A DNA stretch of 64,000 nucleotides from a bacterium (GTDB taxonomy: Bacteria > JAAXHH01), in the NCBI GenBank assembly GCA_965240335.1, contig CBDEKM010000011.1:237135-301134 (forward strand), in the 5' to 3' direction. This document shows, piece after piece, positions 10,190 to 19,341 of this stretch (its first letter is position 1; each line of letters begins with the position of its first letter). The notes below the pieces were generated by a model, which ran no database searches, was not told the DNA's origin, and was given only the letters and a program-made list of their open reading frames with translations. The position numbers and the translations under genes were made by a program.

Positions 10190-12157
10190 ATGTCCGACAT
10201 GTATCAGCCCAACGAATCATTTCGCGAAAAGGCGCACCTGAAGAGCCTGGAGGAATACCAGCGGGAATACGAACGGTCCGTCGCCGATCCGGAAACCTAC
10301 TGGGCCGAGAAGGCGGAATCGTTTCACTGGTTCAGAAAGTGGGACCGGGTCCGGTCCTACAATTATGATCTGCGCCAGGGACCCGTTTCCATCAAGTGGT
10401 TCGAAGGCGGCAAGACCAACATCGTGCATAATTGCATTGATCGCCATCTCGAGACGCGTGGTGACCAGACGGCCATCATCTGGGAAGGCAACGAACCTGG
10501 CGAAGACGCCCGGCTCACCTACCGTGAACTGCACGAAAAGGTATGCAGGTTTGCCAACGTGCTGAAGTCGCGGGGCGTGGGGAAGGGCGACCGGGTATCG
10601 ATCTACCTGCCCATGATCCCCGAACTGGCCGTCGCCATGCTGGCCTGCGCCCGCATAGGCGCGGTCCATTCTATCGTGTTCGGCGGGTTCTCGGCCGATT
10701 CCCTGTCGGACCGCATCGTGGATTCGACCTGTAAGACCGTCATCACCACAACCGGTACGCACCGGGGCGACAAGCCCGTCTTCATGAAACCGGTGGCAGA
10801 CGAAGCGATGGCCTCGGCCGAGAAGGAGATGGGCGAGGCGGTCACCACCTGTATCGTGGTCGACCGGGTCAAGGGCGATCCCGATTTTCAGTTTCCCATG
10901 AAGGAAGGCCGGGATTTCTGGTGGCATGATCAGATGGCCCGGGCCAGCACCGACTGCCCGTGCGAGGTAATGGACGCCGAGGATCCATTGTTCATACTCT
11001 ACACCTCCGGTTCCACGGGCAAGCCTAAGGGCGTGCAGCACACGGTCGGCGGATACATGGTATACACAGGGGTCACGCACCACTACGTGTTCGACTACCA
11101 GGAAGGCGACACCTATTTTTGCGGTGCGGACATCGGCTGGGTCACGGGACATTCCTACATCATCTACGGTCCCCTGGGCAACGGGGCCACGACGATCATG
11201 TTCGAGGGCATTCCAACCTACCCGGCGCCGGACCGCTGTTGGGAGATCATCGAAAAGTACGGCGTCCACCAGTTCTACACGGCGCCGACCGCCATTCGTG
11301 CGCTGGCCCGGGAAGGCGAGAAGTGGCCGGCCGGGCATCCCATGCCCACACTGAAGCTACTCGGTACGGTGGGTGAGCCGATCAATCCCGAGGCCTGGCG
11401 GTGGTATCACGTGAACATAGGCAAGGAACGGTGTCCGATCGTGGACACCTGGTGGCAGACTGAGACCGGCGGGGTCATGATCTCCCCGCTGCCGGGCGCC
11501 ATACCTACAAAGCCGGGTTCGGCGACCCTGCCTTTCTTCGGGATTCAGCCCGTGCTGCTGGACGGCGAAAGCGGCAAGGAGCTGGAAGGCAACGGGATCA
11601 TGGGCGTGCTGGCGATCAAGGAGCCCTGGCCGGGGCAGATGCGCACGATCTATGGAGACCACCAGCGGTTCGAGGACACCTATTTTCAGCAGTACAAAGG
11701 GTACTATTTCACCGGGGACGGTTGCCGTCGGGACGAGGACGGATACTACTGGATCACGGGGCGGGTGGACGACGTCATCAACGTCTCCGGTCACCGGATG
11801 GGCACGGCGGAGGTGGAGAGTGCCCTGGTGGCCCACGGCTCGGTGGCCGAAGCGGCCGTGGTGGGATATCCTCACGAGATCAAGGGCCAGGGTATATACG
11901 CCTACGTCACCCTCAACGTGGACGTGGAGTACACGGAAGATCTGCGTACCGACCTGAAGAAGCAGGTGCGTTCGATCATCGGCCCGATCGCGACGCCCGA
12001 TGTGATCCACTGGGCGCCGTCCCTGCCGAAGACGCGTTCCGGCAAGATCATGCGCCGCATCCTGAGAAAGATCGCCACCAACGAACTGGACCAGATCGGC
12101 GATACGACGACACTGGCGGATCCCGCAGTAGTAGACCAGTTGATCGAAAACAGGTAG
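10190..12157 (+). CDS. acs: Acetyl-CoA synthetase
   Basis: [34 protein letters not shown] motifs. Confidence 0.97.
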   Translation: MSDMYQPNESFREKAHLKSLEEYQREYERSVADPETYWAEKAESFHWFRKWDRVRSYNYDLRQGPVSIKWFEGGKTNIVHNCIDRHLETRGDQTAIIWEGNEPGEDARLTYRELHEKVCRFANVLKSRGVGKGDRVSIYLPMIPELAVAMLACARIGAVHSIVFGGFSADSLSDRIVDSTCKTVITTTGTHRGDKPVFMKPVADEAMASAEKEMGEAVTTCIVVDRVKGDPDFQFPMKEGRDFWWHDQMARASTDCPCEVMDAEDPLFILYTSGSTGKPKGVQHTVGGYMVYTGVTHHYVFDYQEGDTYFCGADIGWVTGHSYIIYGPLGNGATTIMFEGIPTYPAPDRCWEIIEKYGVHQFYTAPTAIRALAREGEKWPAGHPMPTLKLLGTVGEPINPEAWRWYHVNIGKERCPIVDTWWQTETGGVMISPLPGAIPTKPGSATLPFFGIQPVLLDGESGKELEGNGIMGVLAIKEPWPGQMRTIYGDHQRFEDTYFQQYKGYYFTGDGCRRDEDGYYWITGRVDDVINVSGHRMGTAEVESALVAHGSVAEAAVVGYPHEIKGQGIYAYVTLNVDVEYTEDLRTDLKKQVRSIIGPIATPDVIHWAPSLPKTRSGKIMRRILRKIATNELDQIGDTTTLADPAVVDQLIENR

Positions 12158-12168
12158 GACTCAGCCGC

Positions 12169-12924
12169 TCAACTCCGGCCGCCGCAGGCCACGACCGTCT
12201 GTCCCGTCACGAAGCTGGCGTCATCGGAGAGCAGGAACCGGATAACGGAGGCCATTTCTCCGGGAACGGCCATGCGGCCCAATGGCGTGGAAGCGATGAG
12301 TTGATCGATCATGTCCGGGTTGCCAGACCGGGCCATTTCGGTATCCGTCAGCCCCGGGGCCACGCAGTTTACACGCACGTTGTGCGGCGCGAAGGCCACC
12401 GCGCAATGCCGCGTGAAGGAGATGACAGACGCCTTGGTCGTGGCATAGTGGATCATATCTTTCTTCAGGATCACCCCGGCGAGTGACGCCAGGTTGACGA
12501 TACGGCCGTATTTACGGGCGATCATCTCGTCCTTCACGGCCCAGGTCGCCAGGAATACCCCATCCACATTCACCTCGAACATGCGTTTCCAGTCCGCGAA
12601 GGTAAGCTCAGCGTGGAGCTGGTTCATCACGATCCCCGCGTTGTTGACCAGCAAATCGACCGGGCCCATCCGTCCACGCACCTCAGCTACCATCCGGGTC
12701 ACGTCGGCTTCGGATGATACGTCGGCCCGCACGATCATGCCCTCTGCTCCGGCGTCTTCCACCATGCCGAGCGTCACATTTGCCGCTTCCTCGTTGCTAG
12801 TGTAGTTGATCGCCACGCGGGCGCCGTGTTCCGCCAGCATGACGCAGGTGGATCGTCCGATCCCCCTTGAGCCGCCGGTTACCAACGCGGTACGGCCCTC
12901 GAATTCAGCGTTCTCCCTTGCCAT
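12169..12924 (-). CDS. SDR oxidoreductase (FabG-like)
   Basis: TGGSRGIG, NNAG, YATTK, NCVAPG; ATG at 12924 overlaps the upstream stop. Confidence 0.88.
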   Translation of the reverse strand: MARENAEFEGRTALVTGGSRGIGRSTCVMLAEHGARVAINYTSNEEAANVTLGMVEDAGAEGMIVRADVSSEADVTRMVAEVRGRMGPVDLLVNNAGIVMNQLHAELTFADWKRMFEVNVDGVFLATWAVKDEMIARKYGRIVNLASLAGVILKKDMIHYATTKASVISFTRHCAVAFAPHNVRVNCVAPGLTDTEMARSGNPDMIDQLIASTPLGRMAVPGEMASVIRFLLSDDASFVTGQTVVACGGRS

Positions 12925-13736
12925 TATCCGTACGCTCCTTTGCCATGGCGGCCCAGCATGCGCTGCAGGCGGAGCGAAGCCTCGGCCCACACGTGATCGG
13001 GCATGCGGTAGTCGATGAAGGGGTAGAGTTTCTGGGAGATGAACCGTTTGCTGTAGGTGACGCCGGCCATCAGCCTCGGCCGGTCGGACGCGTTTGGCGC
13101 GCCGCGATGCCAGATCTGGTTATTGAACATGTAAGCGTCGCCCTTCCGAACGAGGAAGGAGTGGGGAGACCGTCCATCGAAGGACGGCTGGTCCTGCTCG
13201 GGAGGCTGGCGGCCAGCGTAGTGGCTACCGGGAACGACCTGGGTCGGGCCGTAACGTACCTCCTCCACGTCGGTCAGCGGCGTAAAGGTCTGCATGACGA
13301 AACAGGGCAGGGGCAAGGCGGGGTTGTGTCGGGGCACATCGTCCGGGAGCGGGAAATGAACCAGGTCGTCCACGTGCCATCCCCCGGGACCATCCGTGAC
13401 GGCCTTGGGACCGGGCGGCGTGAACAACGCGTTCTGGGACATGCAGTGGCAGTCTTCTCCGAGAATCGATTCGGCCAGGCTCGCGAAGGGTTCGCGGACG
13501 ATCAGATCTCGGAAGGCGTAGGAGTACTCGAACATGCGCATCAGGCTTGTTCCGCGGATCTGGTCCCTTGCCGGTTCGTGCATGCGGGGATCGTCCCACT
13601 TGCGCTGCATGTCATCGCGCAGGGCTTCCACTTCTTCGTCTTCCATCAATTTACCGAACGCGTAGAAACCGTCCCTTAGAAAGCAATGGCGGATATGTTC
13701 GGTTTCCTCGTCTGTGAATCTTTCTCCATTTTGCAT
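12924..13736 (-). CDS. Phytanoyl-CoA dioxygenase (PhyH)-family Fe(II)/2OG enzyme
   Basis: WHVD HxD motif, GPTQVVPGSH, distal IWHRG. Confidence 0.85.
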   Translation of the reverse strand: MQNGERFTDEETEHIRHCFLRDGFYAFGKLMEDEEVEALRDDMQRKWDDPRMHEPARDQIRGTSLMRMFEYSYAFRDLIVREPFASLAESILGEDCHCMSQNALFTPPGPKAVTDGPGGWHVDDLVHFPLPDDVPRHNPALPLPCFVMQTFTPLTDVEEVRYGPTQVVPGSHYAGRQPPEQDQPSFDGRSPHSFLVRKGDAYMFNNQIWHRGAPNASDRPRLMAGVTYSKRFISQKLYPFIDYRMPDHVWAEASLRLQRMLGRHGKGAYG

Positions 13737-13800
13737 GGCGCTCAATGGCATTTCTACTCCGGTAGCAGGTATAATGAGCGTTTGATTTCGCGGTTCCGGC

Positions 13801-14817
13801 TTACAGTCTCACCCGGGCCAGGTAAATGTTGGCCGGGTAGAGAAAGTGTTTCTCGCCGAACTCGACCTCGTGTTGCGAGTAGTAACTGAGCAGCAGGGCG
13901 CCGTCTTCCTCCTGGACAACGCCTACGTAGGACGTGTCGCCTCCCGACGGCAGATCGATGACATGGACGGCCCGGTCGTCTTCCAGCCGCCAGATGCTCG
14001 TGCGCCTGGCGACAATTCGCTCGTGGTTATTTGGATCGCCTGGCCCGCCTGGCCCGCCTGGACCGCCTGGATCGCGTACATGCTGCCTGCCGATCATATA
14101 TTCCCTGCCGTTGACTTCAACCAGCCTGGGCGACGGGATCACCTCGCCGAGATCCTTTAGCTGCCAGTCCGTGTACGGAGGCTTCGCTGTGGCCAGGGTG
14201 AACCGGCTGTCGCCGCCATCCCGAATGGCGATCCGCATCTCACCCCCGGTGGTGACGCGGAAGGTGGCTTCGCTGCCGTTCTGAGTGACCACGGACACAA
14301 GTTCCCAGGCCAGCCCGTCGGTAGACTGAACCAGGTGAAGTTCGGTTGGGTTCCGGTCCGAGTACTCCGGTCCTTTTCCGTAGGCGAGCCCGTAGAAACG
14401 GTCTTCCACGCGGCCGACACCCCATAACCAAAACCCATCCCGATAGACTTGCCGGGGTTCGGACCAGGTCTCTCCGTCCTCGCTGAAGGAACAATTGGTC
14501 CGTATTACGCGAACCTCATCGCCGTCGCGACCCACCGGATCGGACCGGGTGACGCTTCCGGCGTAGACGTACAGCCGGTCCAGGGTCGCGGCCATATGGG
14601 GATCCCGGTCGTCGCCCGTGGTGTTGACGGGCACACCCGCCCGTTTCCAGTCGACCAGGTCGTCGCTGGCGATCACAACGGCTTTGCCTTCGGGACTCAC
14701 GTGGGAAAGGCCATTACGAAAACACACGAAGTACCGGCCTCGATATAGCTGGAAGTCCGTGAAGGCGTTGTGCCAGCCGTCTCCGTAAATGCGCCGTACC
14801 CATTCGATCTCTGCCAT
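13801..14817 (-). CDS. Asp-box beta-propeller protein (sialidase-like)
   Basis: Three Asp-box-like motifs (SDDLVDWK, SEDGETWS, STDGLAWE); HNAFTD start; GGDTSY. Confidence 0.6.
   Translation of the reverse strand: MAEIEWVRRIYGDGWHNAFTDFQLYRGRYFVCFRNGLSHVSPEGKAVVIASDDLVDWKRAGVPVNTTGDDRDPHMAATLDRLYVYAGSVTRSDPVGRDGDEVRVIRTNCSFSEDGETWSEPRQVYRDGFWLWGVGRVEDRFYGLAYGKGPEYSDRNPTELHLVQSTDGLAWELVSVVTQNGSEATFRVTTGGEMRIAIRDGGDSRFTLATAKPPYTDWQLKDLGEVIPSPRLVEVNGREYMIGRQHVRDPGGPGGPGGPGDPNNHERIVARRTSIWRLEDDRAVHVIDLPSGGDTSYVGVVQEEDGALLLSYYSQHEVEFGEKHFLYPANIYLARVRL
14035..14070 (-). repeat. 4 x 9-bp tandem repeat (CCAGGCGRK), in frame, encoding PGG repeats
   Basis: Minus strand CCAGGCGGT CCAGGCGGG CCAGGCGGG CCAGGCGAT. 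Confidence 0.85.
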
Positions 14818-14936
14818 AGCAAAGGTACCAGGTTTACCACGATTTCTCGACAGGAACGATGGTTACAGGAACAGCGTTTCCAGGAAGGATGACCACGATC
14901 GACTGAAATTGGAGTGTAGGGATTTCGAAGACCGCA

Positions 14937-15008
14937 AGGCGGCAGCCGGATTCGAACCGGCGATCAAGGATTTGCAATCCCGTGCCTTAGCCACTTGGCT
15001 ATGCCGCC
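14937..15008 (-). tRNA. tRNA-Cys(GCA), CCA not encoded
   Basis: GGCGGCATAGCCAAGTGGCTAAGGCACGGGATTGCAAATCCTTGATCGCCGGTTCGAATCCGGCTGCCGCCT. Confidence 0.96.
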
Positions 15009-15017
15009 ACGTCCGAG

Positions 15018-15089
15018 GGCGGGAGACGGGGCTTGAACCCGCGACCCTCACCTTGGCAAGGTGATGCTCTACCGCTGAGCTACTCCCGC
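15018..15089 (-). tRNA. tRNA-Gly(GCC), CCA not encoded
   Basis: GCGGGAGTAGCTCAGCGGTAGAGCATCACCTTGCCAAGGTGAGGGTCGCGGGTTCAAGCCCCGTCTCCCGCC. Confidence 0.96.
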
Positions 15090-15135
15090 AGATAACACGC
15101 GAACCATAGAGGACGGTGCTATTTATTTCCCCGGA

Positions 15136-15164
15136 AATATCGGAATCCGGTCGCTTGATGTCAA
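15136..15164 (-). promoter_or_regulatory. Putative promoter of tRNA-Gly/Cys
   Basis: TTGACA-N17-GATATT with an A-rich upstream tract; the -10 element is weak. Confidence 0.45.
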
Positions 15165-15263
15165 GTGTTTTTTGATCCTGAAAGACCCCTGTTACGAGCG
15201 CTGAGACCGGCATTTCGCGGGGTCGATTCTGATCGTTATGACACCGCTGCAGGACATCTGGAC

Positions 15264-15292
15264 TTGACCCGGTCAGGTGCCCGTTATATGTT
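15264..15292 (+). promoter_or_regulatory. sigma-70 promoter
   Basis: TTGACC-N17-TATGTT. Confidence 0.55.
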
Positions 15293-15394
15293 ACGAATCA
15301 TTAGAACGCCGAGTAATCAGGAATCCGGTCCGAGCTTCCCGGGTGTGTTCAAGACCAACGGGTTGAGCGGTTCGACTTCCCATCCGTGTGCGAC

Positions 15395-15652
15395 ATGGAC
15401 AGTACAACGCTACTGCAGGAATTCGAAGACCTGGCGGAACGGATGGCTATCCGGGTCCGATATGGCAAGTTGGATGGCGATGGCGGGCTATGCCGATACC
15501 GCGAAAGCTATCATATCGTAATCAACAAGCGGCTCGACACGGATGGCCGGATCAACCTCCTCGGCCGTGCCTTTTCGGAATTCCCCCTGGAAAACGTGTT
15601 CCTGATCCCCGCGGTGCGGGAAGCGATAGACCGCAACCGGGAAGTGACCTGA
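15395..15652 (+). CDS. Small hypothetical protein resembling the ImmA/IrrE N-terminal fold but without HEXXH
   Basis: LAERMAIRVRYGKL..DGGLCRY...IVINKRL pattern; has its own promoter. Confidence 0.6.
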   Translation: MDSTTLLQEFEDLAERMAIRVRYGKLDGDGGLCRYRESYHIVINKRLDTDGRINLLGRAFSEFPLENVFLIPAVREAIDRNREVT

Positions 15653-15701
15653 TCCCGCTCGAAGCACCCGATTCTCCTCGAATCGACCTGATCCTGCAAC
15701 G

Positions 15702-18179
15702 CTACCCCGATTGATCCACCGGCCCCGGTTGGTCCTGCCGATCTGCAGGTTGCATCAGCCCCGTCTCTTCCGGCTGTTCCCCTTCCGGCGAGATCATCGC
15801 CGGTCTTTCCCTGGGATTCGTGCCGCGAACGGTCACGGGCAGGGAAGACGCCGGGTCCACCGACAACCTTCCCGTTCGTATGTCGACTCGTATCGTTTCG
15901 ATGCCCAGCGGCATCGGGAAGGCCGGGGGTTCTTTCTCTTCGTCGTCTTCAGCCAATACCGTTTCGGTGTCCATTCCTGTGTCGCCTCCATCCCCGTCCG
16001 GCCACAGGCCCGTCAGCATACCCTGCACGGAATCCGCTGCCGCCATTTGCGCTTCAACCTCACGTTGCTCCTGCAGCGCCGCGGCCTGTTTCATGAACCT
16101 TACCCACACGGGTATGGCTCCCGAAGCGCCGGTGATTTCCTCGTCTTCCCTGGTCGACAGGAGAGGACGGGCATCATCGTACCCCACCCATACTGATGCC
16201 GCGAGATCCTTCGTGAATCCGTTGAACCACACGTCTCTGGATTCGCTCGACGTCCCGGTCTTTCCACCGCTCGGCGTGGTGAACCCGTATCGGTAAGGAA
16301 TGCTGGCGCCTGTGCCGCCGAGAATGACCCCTCGCAGGAGGTCAAGCATCAGGTACGCGGACTGCACGCTGATAGTCCGCCGTGATTCCGGTACGGATTC
16401 CTCGATCACCCTGCCCTCGGCATCTTCCACGCGGGTGATTACATAGGGCTTGTGGTAGATTCCGCCCGTGGCAAACACGGAATAGGCAGAAGCCATCTCC
16501 AGCGGCGAGACCCCGTTGGTGCCCAGCGCCAGGGAGAGTATCGGCTGCAGAGGACTGGATATGCCCAGTCTGCGGGCGTACTCGATTACCGTCGGAGGTC
16601 CCACTTCGCTGACGAGCTTGGCGGAGACCACGTTGATCGACCGCATGAAGGCCCGCTTGAGGATGACGGGCCCTTCGTGCTCTCGGGTGAAGTTCTGCGG
16701 TTCCCAGAGATCTCCCAGTTCGGTGGTATAGGCTACGGGTTCGTCCACGACGACCGTGTTGGCGGAATATCCCAGGTGGTCCAGCGCAGCGAGATAGACG
16801 ATGGGCTTGAAGCCGGATCCCGGTTGCCGGTTGCTCTCAACGGCCCGGTTAAATTCGCTCGCCGTGTAGTCGCGGCCTCCGGCCAGGGCCTTTACGGCTC
16901 CGGTATGCGCGTCGATGGCGACCAGCGCAGCTTCGAGGGCGCGTTTCTTCTCCACCGCGGTGGCCGTATCATACGCCGGGTCGCCGACCAGCGAATCCAC
17001 GTATGCCATCCGGGTGGTGATGGCTTCTTCGGCCAGGTCCTGCAGGTCCATGTCCATGGTGACGTAGACCTTCAGTCCCCCGTTGTACACCAGGTTGCTG
17101 TCAAACCTCTGGAGCATCAGGTCCTCGACGTAATCGAGGAAGTACGGCCCCCGGGCCGGACCGATGCTGGTGCCCTTCAGCGTCAACTTTTCCTGCCGGG
17201 CCTGCTCGGCTTCTTCCTCGGTGATGTACCCGTTATCCATCATGCGCCGAAGCACGGTCTCCCTGCGATTCAGGGCGCGCTCCATTTGGTAATAGGGATT
17301 ATAGTCGCTCGGCCTCTGCACGAGTCCGGCAAGGAGTGCGGATTCACCCAGGGTGAGTTCGCTGGCATGTTTGCTGAAGAATCGTTGCGCGGCTTCTTCC
17401 ACGCCGTAGGCATCGGCGCCGAAGTACACGTTGTTGCAGTAGGCGGAAAGGATCTCGCGTTTGCTGAACCGCGCCTCGATCTGCACCGAAGCCATGGCTT
17501 CCCGGATCTTGCGTATCCATACCTTCTCCCGGGTGAAGAAAAGATGGCGAGCCAGTTGCTGCGTGATCGTGCTCGCCCCCTGGCCCAGAATGCGGCCTTC
17601 GAGGAGGTTGGTTGCGAACGCACGGACGATACCGGGTTTGTCCACGCCGCGGTGGTTGAAGAAATCCGCGTCCTCCGTGGCAATGATCGCGGCCTGGAAC
17701 ACGGGCGCGATCTCTTCCACGTCGACCCTGCGATGACCGCCCAGGGTATGGACCAGGCGGGGATTGCCTTCCTGGTCATGGGCGTAAATCAGGGTCATCT
17801 GACCGAAGATGTCGTTCAGGTCGTCCGGAAGGCGGGGAATGGAAGGCACGGTAACAAAAAACATGACGGTGGCCAGCAGTACGACCAACCCAGACACGCC
17901 GGATATTCCGTATACCATCCACATGAAATACCTGAAGGTCCTTGGACCCAGATCCTCGCGGTATTTTTCCACTGTACCGCGCAGGTGCCTGTTCCAAAAG
18001 CGTCGCAGGGAATTCTCCCAGAATTCTCGCCCATGGTGCTCCCAGAATTCTCGGACGTGATTCTCCCAGAATCCTCGCCCATGGTGCTCCCAGAAGCGCT
18101 GGACATGGTGCTGCCAGAATTTGCGAAGGTGGTTTTCCCACAGGTCTCGAAAAAGTTCCATCTTAATTTCCCGATCCAT
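15702..18179 (-). CDS. Class A penicillin-binding protein (PBP1A family)
   Basis: Transglycosylase motifs EDADFFNHRG, GASTITQQL, RKIRE; transpeptidase motifs SGFK, SIN, KTG. Confidence 0.95.
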   Translation of the reverse strand: MDREIKMELFRDLWENHLRKFWQHHVQRFWEHHGRGFWENHVREFWEHHGREFWENSLRRFWNRHLRGTVEKYREDLGPRTFRYFMWMVYGISGVSGLVVLLATVMFFVTVPSIPRLPDDLNDIFGQMTLIYAHDQEGNPRLVHTLGGHRRVDVEEIAPVFQAAIIATEDADFFNHRGVDKPGIVRAFATNLLEGRILGQGASTITQQLARHLFFTREKVWIRKIREAMASVQIEARFSKREILSAYCNNVYFGADAYGVEEAAQRFFSKHASELTLGESALLAGLVQRPSDYNPYYQMERALNRRETVLRRMMDNGYITEEEAEQARQEKLTLKGTSIGPARGPYFLDYVEDLMLQRFDSNLVYNGGLKVYVTMDMDLQDLAEEAITTRMAYVDSLVGDPAYDTATAVEKKRALEAALVAIDAHTGAVKALAGGRDYTASEFNRAVESNRQPGSGFKPIVYLAALDHLGYSANTVVVDEPVAYTTELGDLWEPQNFTREHEGPVILKRAFMRSINVVSAKLVSEVGPPTVIEYARRLGISSPLQPILSLALGTNGVSPLEMASAYSVFATGGIYHKPYVITRVEDAEGRVIEESVPESRRTISVQSAYLMLDLLRGVILGGTGASIPYRYGFTTPSGGKTGTSSESRDVWFNGFTKDLAASVWVGYDDARPLLSTREDEEITGASGAIPVWVRFMKQAAALQEQREVEAQMAAADSVQGMLTGLWPDGDGGDTGMDTETVLAEDDEEKEPPAFPMPLGIETIRVDIRTGRLSVDPASSLPVTVRGTNPRERPAMISPEGEQPEETGLMQPADRQDQPGPVDQSG
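17982..18149 (-). repeat. 7 x 24-bp (8-aa) repeat in the PBP1A N-terminus
   Basis: RDLWENHL RKFWQHHV QRFWEHHG RGFWENHV REFWEHHG REFWENSL RRFWNRHL. Confidence 0.9.
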
Positions 18180-18193
18180 TTATCGCGATTGGA

Positions 18194-19165
18194 TCAAAGC
18201 ACTCCGAGCGCCACGTATAGTTCCACGAACAGATCGGCGGATACCGGTATGGTGACCACATCGATCCGGCCATCGATCAATCGTTCGATCTGGATAATAC
18301 GCTGGTTCTCGGACACCCCGATACGCTGCGCCGTGGCTTCCAGATTCCTGAACCGCAACGGATCGATGATCTCGTCCCGCATTTCCGTGTCCAGGCTCCG
18401 CAATGTATTGAAAAACAACCGGGGCCGGTACACGTGTTCCATACCTTCGTGCATCCGCCCTTCCGCCGCCGTAGTATAGGCATCTATGAGATTGAACTGA
18501 TCAACCGATATCGGCATCCGGTGCAGGATGTAATTGTCGTCGTCAACCAGGTAGACTTCGCCTTTGCGAATCCACCCCGGGCAGATTACGACCGTCCGCG
18601 TCCAGTTTTTCAAGGAATCGGGTTCAAACAACGTCGCCGAAACGGAAAGTGAATCCGAATGTGCCGCAGAAAGCGAATCCGGCCGCGAATCGGGCGGTAT
18701 ATCGGCCTGTGCATCGGAAATTGGTTCCGCTTGCACATCTGACATTAACTCGGTCTGCATATTCGGAAGTGGAGACGCTTGCGCATCGGTCTGCAAATCT
18801 ACCTGTACGAACCAGTCCGGGCCCGCCAGGAATCGTTCCCGGGTCATGATGAGTTTATGGCCGCGTTCGAGCCGTACGATCTCGGACCCCGGTGCGGATC
18901 GATCCATCGATGCCCTGGATTCGTCGTCGAGGTCCATCGCTTCCTGGCTGCGCTGTTCGATCAACTCGTTCGCATGTTCCAGCGCCTGGTTGGTCCGGAC
19001 TTCCTGGTCTACGAATCGATCCAGCCGGTCACGGGACTCGTTTCGGGCTTCCATGTAGGAACCGACGAACCGTTCGATGAGGTGCCATCTGATTTCGACC
19101 AGGCCCATCGCAATGAGGATGACGGTCAACGACGCCGTGGCCACTGCGTGATACAGGGTCTTCAT
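18194..19165 (-). CDS. Membrane-anchored hypothetical protein directly upstream of PBP1A
   Basis: 323-aa ORF with N-terminal hydrophobic helix; 14-nt gap to the PBP1A gene. Confidence 0.75.
   Translation of the reverse strand: MKTLYHAVATASLTVILIAMGLVEIRWHLIERFVGSYMEARNESRDRLDRFVDQEVRTNQALEHANELIEQRSQEAMDLDDESRASMDRSAPGSEIVRLERGHKLIMTRERFLAGPDWFVQVDLQTDAQASPLPNMQTELMSDVQAEPISDAQADIPPDSRPDSLSAAHSDSLSVSATLFEPDSLKNWTRTVVICPGWIRKGEVYLVDDDNYILHRMPISVDQFNLIDAYTTAAEGRMHEGMEHVYRPRLFFNTLRSLDTEMRDEIIDPLRFRNLEATAQRIGVSENQRIIQIERLIDGRIDVVTIPVSADLFVELYVALGVL
18653..18796 (-). repeat. About 6 degenerate 24-bp (8-aa) repeats
   Basis: LQTDAQAS PLPNMQTE LMSDVQAE PISDAQAD IPPDSRPD SLSAAHSD. Confidence 0.55.
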
Positions 19166-19173
19166 GACCGTTC

Positions 19174-19202
19174 AAAATAGGCCGGAAGGCCGATAAAGTC
19201 AA
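19174..19202 (-). promoter_or_regulatory. sigma-70 promoter giving a near-leaderless transcript
   Basis: TTGACT-N17-TATTTT; only 8 nt lie between the -10 box and ATG 19165; no SD. Confidence 0.6.
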
Positions 19203-19246
19203 AGGAAAAGACGGTTTTACAGCTGTCCGGAAACGGCAAAAAACAG

Positions 19247-19276
19247 TTGACAGGCAGGGCCTTCTCCCGCTAAAAT
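19247..19276 (+). promoter_or_regulatory. sigma-70 promoter
   Basis: A-tract, then TTGACA-N18-TAAAAT. Confidence 0.7.
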
Positions 19277-19341
19277 CCGTCGACGGTCGATGGCGAATTC
19301 AACCCCCTCGAATCTACACTGAACCCGGACCCCTGGAATCT

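Noticed and set aside
14900-15100. Integrative element attached at tRNA-Gly/Cys
   Set aside because: No integrase and no duplicated tRNA 3' end (att site) were seen in the window
15325-15385. tRNA-like fragment (TTCAA 'anticodon', GGTTCGACT 'T-loop'), possibly tRNA-Sec
   Set aside because: No valid acceptor, anticodon or T-stem pairing can be built
17982-18149. CRISPR-like array from the regularly spaced 24-bp repeats
   Set aside because: The units are contiguous with no unique spacers, lie in frame within a CDS, and no cas genes are present
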